Of a DNA stretch of 17,900 bases, positions 7,335 through 14,520 are shown in pieces. The stretch is from a bacterium (GTDB lineage: Bacteria; Electryoneota; Electryoneia; Electryoneales; Electryoneaceae): assembly GCA_043801585.1 (NCBI GenBank), contig JAZDLX010000182.1:1-17900 (forward strand), read 5' to 3'. A program made the position numbers and the translations under genes. The notes beneath the pieces were generated by a model. That model had not been told where the DNA came from and searched no databases. It saw only the letters and a list, made by a program, of their open reading frames with translations. How positions within the stretch are numbered: position 1 is the stretch's first letter; every line of letters starts with the position of its first letter.

Positions 7335-8093
7335 TCAACGGATTCGCCATCCGTACCCGAACAGAAAAGCGATCGCCATGCTCTGCGCCTCATCCGCTCC
7401 ACCTCCCAGGCTTACTAATCCGGCGCAGAATCGTGTTTGCATGGTAATGAATCCCGGACCGACCTTCAAATTGGCGCCGGAACCAACGACCAGGCCGATA
7501 CTGGTTGATCCCCAGTTAAGGTGGTCGACGGCAGGTACCATTCCGGGAGGAGATGTCTGAAAGTCGTCATTGCAGGTTTGCGCCATTTTAAATGAGACGG
7601 CGGTACCGAATTCGAAGTAGGGTTCGAAAACTGCGGCACTCAACGATCCATCGGGATTGTGTGCTTCGTCGGAGGTCGCCCAGCGGATAAGGATCGGGAT
7701 TTCGAGGTGTGTCAGTTTCCAGGAAATATCATCGTAATAGAAATACCCTCCTCCTTTAATGGAAGAATCGGAAATATAATTGTAAACGGTTTGTATACCC
7801 CGAGTCTGCGTGAAATTCAACTCTGTCTCAACAGCCAGTGTGTGGGTCAACCAATACGTAATAAAAACGCCACCGCTTGAATACTGATCCGACTCGGTGT
7901 CATTGCCGATGTCAGTACCAGTAAATGAGGACGATCCGATTCCTCCGCGAAATCCAAGATGAGCCGATCCATCGATCTTGAAGGGTTCAGGCGGTTTGGC
8001 GTTCTGATAGCGGTCGTACGTGTATGCCTGGCCGTATGCCGGGAGGAGGAGTGTCAGAAACGCAAAGAATGCAGTGAGGCGAAACGGTATCAT
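7335..8093 (-). CDS. Outer-membrane beta-barrel protein (PorT / OMP_b-brl-like)
   Basis: Signal peptide, amphipathic strands (GFRGG, LAVETELNFTQ, LTHLEIPILIRW, GLVVGSG), aromatic C-terminal strand FLFGYGW. Confidence 0.65.
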   Translation of the reverse strand: MIPFRLTAFFAFLTLLLPAYGQAYTYDRYQNAKPPEPFKIDGSAHLGFRGGIGSSSFTGTDIGNDTESDQYSSGGVFITYWLTHTLAVETELNFTQTRGIQTVYNYISDSSIKGGGYFYYDDISWKLTHLEIPILIRWATSDEAHNPDGSLSAAVFEPYFEFGTAVSFKMAQTCNDDFQTSPPGMVPAVDHLNWGSTSIGLVVGSGANLKVGPGFITMQTRFCAGLVSLGGGADEAQSMAIAFLFGYGWRIR

Positions 8094-8329
8094 GATTCCG
8101 GCTCCGGATCAGTGACGATGACATGAAAATGTAACCGTCCGCAAATATAGTCCGGCAATCACCCCAGTCACACCCTGCAGGTCCCTGAACAAGTGAAGAT
8201 CTTATAAAAGAGTCTGTGCACTGTGAGAATGATTCCGTTTCCGCTTTCTGAGTGCATGGAAGCACAAGGTCTGCATCGAGAGAGGTGAGTGATGTATCTT
8301 GATTCCGTGTGTATCCAACAGGTTCATCG

Positions 8330-10786
8330 ATGACAGACACTGTTGAAGAAAAACTCGAACTCGATCCGGCGCTCGAGGCGTTGGATTTTGCAGCAGTGCT
8401 GGAGGCGGTTGCTTCCCATGCCGCGACGACCTACGGCAAAAAACGGGTGCATCGGTTGCGACCGGGTTTTTCCGCCCAGGATCTGGCCAGCGAGTTTGAC
8501 CGGATTGAAGCGCTCACGGCTGCGGTGCAGAGGGGAGAACCGCTCTCCTTCGCGGGTGTTCATGACCTGGGGGAGGCCCTGGTCATTGCGCGAACTCCGG
8601 GAACCTTCCTCGATCCGCAGACCCTGCTCCATATCGCCTCACTGTCTCAAGCGGCACGACGGTTGCGTCAGACACTCGACCGACGGCGTGAGGAGTTCGC
8701 GGCGTTGCGCTGGTACGCCGAGGCGTTGATTTTGATGCCTGAACTTGAAAAAGCTATTGGCAAGGCAATCGATCCCAACGCCGTGCAGGTTGCGGATCAC
8801 GCCAGCTCCGAACTTCGACGTATCCGCCGTGAGTTGGGTGTGATGGAGCAGAGAATCCGTTCACGTCTGGAAGCTCTGGTGAAAAAACTCGGTGCGGATG
8901 GATCGTTGACCGAAACCGGGTACACGGTTCGCGAAGAACGCTATGTACTCGCCGTTCGTCCTTCCTCGAAAGGCAAGGTTCGTGGTATCCTGCATGGCCG
9001 CTCTCAGACCGGGGGCACTCTCTTTATTGAGCCGGAAGAGCTGGTCGAACTCGACAATGATCGTCGGCGGCTGGAGGAAGAGGAGGCTGAAGAGGTTCGC
9101 CGGATTCTGATCGAGGTGACGGATGTCGTTCGCGATCATCTCGATCCGCTGTCGGCGGCGGTGGAGGTCGTGTCCATTCTCGATTCACTTCAGGCACGGG
9201 CGATGTTCGCTGAGAAAGTCGGCGCCATGCGTCCCCGTGTTGAAGAGGGAATCCTGCGGTTTGTGCAGGTTCGCCATCCACTGCTGATCCTGCGCAAGGG
9301 CTTGGAAAAAACGGTTCCCCTGGATCTTGAACTCGGTGGGGACTCCGGCAGGGTTCTGGTGATCACCGGTCCGAATGCCGGTGGAAAAACGGTCGCGCTG
9401 AAAACGGTCGGTCTTGCCACCTCACTGATCCATTCGGCCATCTGGCCGCCCGCGGGCGATGGCACTGTAGTGCCACCCATCGACAAATGGCATGTGGTCA
9501 TCGGGGACGAACAGTCGTTGGAGTCGGATCTTTCCAGTTTTTCCGGCCACCTCGAAGGGTTGCGGGAAGTCACGAACGAACCGGATCGCGCCAAACTGAT
9601 TCTCGTGGATGAAATCGCCTCCGGCACGGATCCCACCGAAGGCTCGGCTCTTGCGGCGGCGTTGCTGGAAGAGGCAATAGCACGCGGATGGTGGACTGTT
9701 GTCACGACTCACATGGGACAGCTTAAAACTTTTGCCCACCGAACGCCGGGTGTGCGCAACGGATCGATGCAGTTCGACAGGAAACACCTGACTCCAAATT
9801 ACCGTTTCGTGCCGGACATCCCGGGGAGTTCCTACGCCCTTGAGATCGCGCAGCGGGTTGGCTTGCCGAAACCGGTGATCGACCGGGCTCGGCAGTTGCT
9901 CGGCAAAGAGCAGATGCGCCTCGAGGACCTGATCGAGGAGCTTACCGACCGGCTGAACAGTGTGCACAACCGGGAGCGGGAACTTGAACGGCTCCGTTCG
10001 CAGGTGGCGGGGCTCGAGAAACGTCTTGAAGAGCGCCTCGGCGACCTTGAAAGCCGGCGAGCCGAAAAACTCGAGCAAGCAGCCGGCGAAGCGGAAAAAC
10101 TACTCGCTGATGCCAACCGTGCCATCGAGTACGCTGTCAAGGAAATCCGGGAGTCACAGGCGAGCCGAGAGGCGATTCTGCAGGCCCGAGAGCTTGTGGA
10201 AAAAGCGAGGCAACGGACCGAGCGTGCTCACCGTGAATCGCTGACGGCGCGGAAACGCCACCCTCGAGTCAAGGGTGAACTTCCTCAGCAACATGGCAAG
10301 GCTGCGCAAAGAAACGAGCTGCCCGAGGAGATTACCGGCAGCGTTGGAGTCGGGGATGCTGTTCGTCTCGAGTCAGGAATGACTGGTGATGTGCTGGCGA
10401 TTCAGGGAGAAAAAGCTCAGGTCGCCGTGGGATCCGTCAAAGTCTGGCTGCCGCTGTCCGAGTTGACGCGCATTCGCCCGGCACAGGCAGCGTCCGGCAG
10501 TGTCAACCTTCGTTTGACCGTGGACGAGGATGCCGCACCGATGAAAACCGAACTGATGCTGATCGGAATGCGTGCGGAACAGGCGGAGGTGGCGCTCGAA
10601 AAATATCTCGAGGATCTGGCGCTTGCCGGGCTTGGTTGGGCACGGATCGTCCACGGGAAGGGGACCGGCGCTCTGCGCGCGATGGTCGTTGAAGTACTCG
10701 ACCGCCACCCCCTTGTGCGCAACCATCGTGTCGGAGAGCCGCAGGAGGGTGGCGACGGGGTGACCATTGTGGAACTGTCAGAATAG
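8330..10786 (+). CDS. mutS2: MutS2 family ATPase/endonuclease with C-terminal Smr domain
   Basis: Walker A ITGPNAGGKTV.LK, IGDEQS...LSSFSGH, Walker B LVDEIASGTDP.EG, TTH, G.SYALEIA.R.G, coiled coil, KOW-like segment, Smr IVHGKGTGALR...EGGDGVT. Confidence 0.95.
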   Translation: MTDTVEEKLELDPALEALDFAAVLEAVASHAATTYGKKRVHRLRPGFSAQDLASEFDRIEALTAAVQRGEPLSFAGVHDLGEALVIARTPGTFLDPQTLLHIASLSQAARRLRQTLDRRREEFAALRWYAEALILMPELEKAIGKAIDPNAVQVADHASSELRRIRRELGVMEQRIRSRLEALVKKLGADGSLTETGYTVREERYVLAVRPSSKGKVRGILHGRSQTGGTLFIEPEELVELDNDRRRLEEEEAEEVRRILIEVTDVVRDHLDPLSAAVEVVSILDSLQARAMFAEKVGAMRPRVEEGILRFVQVRHPLLILRKGLEKTVPLDLELGGDSGRVLVITGPNAGGKTVALKTVGLATSLIHSAIWPPAGDGTVVPPIDKWHVVIGDEQSLESDLSSFSGHLEGLREVTNEPDRAKLILVDEIASGTDPTEGSALAAALLEEAIARGWWTVVTTHMGQLKTFAHRTPGVRNGSMQFDRKHLTPNYRFVPDIPGSSYALEIAQRVGLPKPVIDRARQLLGKEQMRLEDLIEELTDRLNSVHNRERELERLRSQVAGLEKRLEERLGDLESRRAEKLEQAAGEAEKLLADANRAIEYAVKEIRESQASREAILQARELVEKARQRTERAHRESLTARKRHPRVKGELPQQHGKAAQRNELPEEITGSVGVGDAVRLESGMTGDVLAIQGEKAQVAVGSVKVWLPLSELTRIRPAQAASGSVNLRLTVDEDAAPMKTELMLIGMRAEQAEVALEKYLEDLALAGLGWARIVHGKGTGALRAMVVEVLDRHPLVRNHRVGEPQEGGDGVTIVELSE

Positions 10787-10932
10787 CGCTGTCAGCATTC
10801 TGTCTTGCGCTCGCAAGGTCATTGACGACTGAGCAAGGTGACACGTCCACTTGAAACTTGCCAGCGTTCTGTCGCTTCTATCCAGCTGCCAATCGGACAC
10901 CCCGGGGTAAATGACGGGATCGATTCCATGTT

Positions 10933-10961
10933 TTGCTGCGCCCTGCATCGTCCGCTATATT
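10933..10961 (+). promoter_or_regulatory. Putative sigma70 promoter for the TPR-M23 gene pair
   Basis: TTGCTG (10933-10938), 17 nt, TATATT (10956-10961). Confidence 0.45.
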
Positions 10962-11012
10962 GATACGTCAAAACCGGCTGCGGATAGGTGGAATGACGGA
11001 TCGAGGTCAAAG

Positions 11013-11459
11013 GTGAAACGTGCTGCGATTCTGGCTGTTCTTCTGTTCCAGATTCTGGTCTTCGCGGCCCAGACGTTTGCGGCGGGTTTTTCGGACCGTT
11101 ATGACACCGCATACAGGTTGTTTGAACGGGGCCGTTACACCCAGGCCATCCGTGACTTTCGCAACCTGCTGAACACCGACGCCAGCAACGATCTTTCGGA
11201 TAATTGCCAGTACTGGCTTGGTGAGTGTTATTTCCAACTCGGGCGCTACGATCAAGCGCTGGTCGAGTTCGACAGAACCCTCTCTTTTCCGGGAACCAAC
11301 AAACGCGAGGATGCCCTTTTCAAGATCGCCCAGTGCCATGAAGCGCTCGGTGAAACAACGCTGGCCGGTGAACTTTACGTCCGTTTTCTCGCTGATTATC
11401 CTCAGAGCCGGCATGCCCCCGCAGTGCTGAAAAAACTTGAGAACATTGGCCTGCTCTGA
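11013..11459 (+). CDS. Secreted TPR protein resembling the CpoB/YbgF TPR domain
   Basis: GTG start with signal peptide MKRAAILAVLL...TFA. Motifs Y..A...F...Y..AI..F, LSDNCQYWLGECYF, K.EDALFKIA, F.ADYP.S. Confidence 0.75.
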   Translation: MKRAAILAVLLFQILVFAAQTFAAGFSDRYDTAYRLFERGRYTQAIRDFRNLLNTDASNDLSDNCQYWLGECYFQLGRYDQALVEFDRTLSFPGTNKREDALFKIAQCHEALGETTLAGELYVRFLADYPQSRHAPAVLKKLENIGLL

Positions 11460-11471
11460 TCCTTGCCTCTC

Positions 11472-13538
11472 ATGCTCAACATCTCCCCGACAAGACGGTC
11501 TCGACGCAGACCCGGCGCTCAACTCCAGGCCGCTATTCCTTTACTGGCATTGTTTCTCACGTTCATCCTTTCGTCGTCCACCTGGGCGAAAGATGAGGAC
11601 ATCTACACAGCAACCGGGCTCCGCTGGCCCACCGATGCATCCCGGAGAATCACCAGTACTTTCGGCGAGCCGCGTCCGGACCGGTTCCATGCGGCAATCG
11701 ATTTTTCCACGGGTGGCGGAGTCGGTTTTCCCTGTTACGCCATCGACGATGGATCGATTATCCGAGTCAAAACGAATTTCAACGGGTACGGGAAAGTCCT
11801 CTACCTGCAAATTGCCGGAGAACGGGTTGCTGTCTATGGCCACCTCAGCCGTTTCAACGAGAAGATCGAAAAACGTGTTCGCGAAGCGCAGTTGAAGGCA
11901 GGCAAATACGAAGTCGAACTGTTTTTCAAGCCCGGTGAGATACCCTTCAAGAAAGGCCAGACGGTCGCCTACACGGGGGATACCGGGGCCGGTCCCGCGC
12001 ACCTCCATTTTGAATTGCGAAAAGGTCTCGGTGTTCCCTACAACCCTACGGTGGACGGTTTTATCGTCAAGGACACCAAGGCGCCCGTGATACGGCGCAT
12101 TGCGGTCAAGGCGCTGGACGGTGCGAGTGAAGCCGAGGGGGACATGCTGCCCGTCATCCGCCGGATGCGGAATCGGACGGGTACGACGGTGGACATTTAC
12201 GGGCGCGTGGGCATCTCCGCGGAAGTCGTCGATTTTCAGGACGGCGGCTGGCACCGTCTCGGGCCCAGGAGAATCGAGCTTTACCTTGACGGGCGCCTGA
12301 TTCACGTGACCGATTTAACGCGGTTCAATTACCGTAACAACCGTGACAGCCGTCTCGATTTTGACTTCGAACTTCAGAAACTCGGATACAAACGGTTTCG
12401 CCGGCTTTACATCGTTCCTGGCAATGACCTCAGTTTCTACGATCGCGGTCTTCCGGGGGGATTGCTGGACACGAAAGCGATGACGCCGGGATTTCACGAA
12501 CTCCGTGTCAGGGCGGTCGATGACTCCGGCAACGAGAGCGACGCACGCCTCAAACTGAACGTCCTCACCGGACCGACATTGCCGCCCGCGGTGGCCAGCG
12601 TGCCGATGCCGCCGATTCCACGCAATGCCGTCACCGATTCGACCTTGAACATCGCTGTCCGCATCCTCGGCGAAACCGCAAGGATTTGTGTCACTGGCGT
12701 TCCCGAGGGCACGGAAAACGTCTGGGTGAGGATTCCCCAGTTCGGAAACGCCTTTGACCTTGTGGATCATGGCAGGAATGGATGGATCGGCCGCATTGAC
12801 ATTCCCCTGACTTTCCGTGGATGGACGGAATTTGAGGTGGTGGCGGAATCGGCTGTCGGCGCAGTAATGGCGTCAACGGACATCCGTCTTGCGGGATTTC
12901 TCGCCGGACTGAATGATCGCTGGTCGATGCCGGACGACCGTTTCGAGGTGCGCATCGCACCGGGAGCGCTGTGGTACGATCTTGTGATGGGAATGACGCG
13001 ACGCCCACGGAGCGAGGAGACGATTGCCGAGCAGATCCAGCTTCACCCCTTTGACTATCCCTTCGAGCGTCCCTTCTGGGTGGCCTTCCATTCCGGCGAT
13101 GAGCCATGGGATCCCAGAGCCGTCATTGTCTACAGGGAGTGGTCCACGGGCGGACGCTGGACCTACCTCGGTAACGAACACGAAATGAACGGCTTTGTGC
13201 TCAAGGCGGAGTCCTACAGCAACGAAACCTTTTCCGTGACGCTCGACACCTTGGCGCCGCAGATTCTTGGCGTCAGCTATTCCGATGACGGGACCTCGTC
13301 AACCCGGAGACCCCTGCTGGCGGCGGAAGTGATCGACGAGTTGAGTGGACTGGACCTCGAAAAATGTCGCCTTGAGTTGGACGGGCAGAACACGATCTGG
13401 GTATATGACCCCGACAAGGACACGATCTCCTACCGCCCCTGGTCAGACCTGAAACGCGGCCGCCACTCCTGGCGCCTCGTTGCCGTGGACAAGGTCGGCA
13501 ACGAAACCGTCATGGAGCGCACCCTTCGCGTAAGGTAA
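11472..13538 (+). CDS. M23 family metallopeptidase with long C-terminal beta-rich (Ig-like) extension
   Basis: ITSTFGEPR.DRFHAAIDF (HxxxD), GYGK.LY, VYGHL, YTGDTG..PAHLHFE (HxH), repeated D..AP.I and A.D..GN motifs. Exact start uncertain (11463/11472). Confidence 0.85.
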   Translation: MLNISPTRRSRRRPGAQLQAAIPLLALFLTFILSSSTWAKDEDIYTATGLRWPTDASRRITSTFGEPRPDRFHAAIDFSTGGGVGFPCYAIDDGSIIRVKTNFNGYGKVLYLQIAGERVAVYGHLSRFNEKIEKRVREAQLKAGKYEVELFFKPGEIPFKKGQTVAYTGDTGAGPAHLHFELRKGLGVPYNPTVDGFIVKDTKAPVIRRIAVKALDGASEAEGDMLPVIRRMRNRTGTTVDIYGRVGISAEVVDFQDGGWHRLGPRRIELYLDGRLIHVTDLTRFNYRNNRDSRLDFDFELQKLGYKRFRRLYIVPGNDLSFYDRGLPGGLLDTKAMTPGFHELRVRAVDDSGNESDARLKLNVLTGPTLPPAVASVPMPPIPRNAVTDSTLNIAVRILGETARICVTGVPEGTENVWVRIPQFGNAFDLVDHGRNGWIGRIDIPLTFRGWTEFEVVAESAVGAVMASTDIRLAGFLAGLNDRWSMPDDRFEVRIAPGALWYDLVMGMTRRPRSEETIAEQIQLHPFDYPFERPFWVAFHSGDEPWDPRAVIVYREWSTGGRWTYLGNEHEMNGFVLKAESYSNETFSVTLDTLAPQILGVSYSDDGTSSTRRPLLAAEVIDELSGLDLEKCRLELDGQNTIWVYDPDKDTISYRPWSDLKRGRHSWRLVAVDKVGNETVMERTLRVR

Positions 13539-13556
13539 GAGTGTATTATTTGCATT

Positions 13557-13612
13557 TTTCAAAAGTGACAGTTACCTTTGAAAAAGAACAAAGGTAACTG
13601 TCACTTTTGAAA
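13557..13612. repeat. Perfect 24-bp inverted repeat (REPIN-like hairpin) upstream of the RAYT
   Basis: TTTCAAAAGTGACAGTTACCTTTG - AAAAAGAA - CAAAGGTAACTGTCACTTTTGAAA. Confidence 0.92.
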
Positions 13613-13621
13613 GGAATAGTA

Positions 13622-14278
13622 ATGCCGAGAGGGTCGAGGATCGTGGTGCCAGGATTGCCACATCACGTCACCCAGCGTGGCAACCGTCGCCTGCAAACCT
13701 TTTTCAACGACGACGACTACCATTTTTACAAACGTTTGCTAAGTACGTTTTCCAAACGTACAGAGACGTCGATAATCGCCTGGTGTCTGATGCCAAACCA
13801 CGTTCATGTTATTGCTGTTCCTAAGACCGAAGAAGGTCTCAGGGCAACCTTCGCACCCCTGCATCGGACCTACTCACAAGAGATCAATCAGCGGCAAGGG
13901 TGGACGGGACATCTTTGGCAGCAGCGATTCTCCTCCGTACCTCTTGATGAACCACATACAATTGCAGCAGTTCGTTACGTTGAATTAAACCCCGTCCGTG
14001 CAGGTTTGGTAAGCCACCCAGCCGATTACAAATGGAGCAGTGTGCGGGCTCACCTCAATCGTTGGGAGGATGGACTGACGGATTTGGCACAGATGGGACA
14101 AATCACAGATGATTGGGCGGGATTGCTGGCGAGTGGTTTGAACGAAGAGTTGTTGAAGATCTTTCGTGTTCATGAAACGAATGGAATGCCCATAGGATCT
14201 GAATCGTTCCTGAATCGCATCGGATCTCTTACAGGAAGACGTGTCACCTCTCTTCCACGCGGTGGTGCACGTCGATGA
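13622..14278 (+). CDS. REP-associated tyrosine transposase (RAYT-like; HUH/Y1, IS200/IS605 superfamily)
   Basis: MPR..R, HHVTQRGN, F..DDDY, AWCLMPNHVH (HUH), GHLWQQRFSS, catalytic Tyr in VRYVELNPVRAGLV, YKWSS. ATG 13622 with AAGGAA RBS. Visibly more AT-rich codon usage than neighbours. Confidence 0.9.
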   Translation: MPRGSRIVVPGLPHHVTQRGNRRLQTFFNDDDYHFYKRLLSTFSKRTETSIIAWCLMPNHVHVIAVPKTEEGLRATFAPLHRTYSQEINQRQGWTGHLWQQRFSSVPLDEPHTIAAVRYVELNPVRAGLVSHPADYKWSSVRAHLNRWEDGLTDLAQMGQITDDWAGLLASGLNEELLKIFRVHETNGMPIGSESFLNRIGSLTGRRVTSLPRGGARR

Positions 14279-14282
14279 TGAA

Positions 14283-14336
14283 TTCAAAAGTGACAGTTAC
14301 CTTTGTTTTTTCCCAATAGTAACTGTCACTTTTGAA
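14283..14336. repeat. Second copy of the REPIN-like hairpin downstream of the RAYT
   Basis: TTCAAAAGTGACAGTTAC (14283-14300) pairs with GTAACTGTCACTTTTGAA (14319-14336). Inner CTTTG/CAATA has 2 mismatches; 8-nt loop as in the upstream copy. Confidence 0.92.
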
Positions 14337-14374
14337 AATCGGACTCGACTGCCGGGAACCTCTCTGTGACCGGA

Positions 14375-14403
14375 TTGCCTGACTCACCCTTCCCGTCTAT
14401 ATT
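14375..14403 (+). promoter_or_regulatory. Putative sigma70 promoter for valS
   Basis: TTGCCT (14375-14380), 17 nt, TATATT (14398-14403). Confidence 0.5.
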
Positions 14404-14520
14404 TCAACTTCGTGCGAGAGGCTGAAGGTGATTGGCCGCTGAGCCCGCATTTTTACGGAGATGCGGCGTTTTTTACATTTCACCAAATGTGATGGCAACT
14501 TGAAACCTGATGGGACAACC

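Larger units (their letters stand above)
13557..14336 (+). mobile_element. RAYT/REPIN module (REPtron-like)
   Basis: Y1 HUH transposase bracketed within 4-9 nt by two homologous hairpins, between the M23 gene and valS. Confidence 0.75.

Noticed and set aside
10775..10870. Short echoes of the mutS2 3' end (CTGTCAGAAT / CTGTCAGCAT and weaker ones)
   Set aside because: Only 9/10 nt, with no associated element; too weak to count as an example.
13557..14336. CRISPR array, integron attC sites, or IS605/TnpB element
   Set aside because: Repeats are inverted pairs rather than regularly spaced direct repeats. No cas, integrase or tnpB gene is present, and no attC R-box arrangement was recognised.
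14404..14520. T-box riboswitch before valS
   Set aside because: Leader too short, with no T-box (UGGNACC) antiterminator or terminator.
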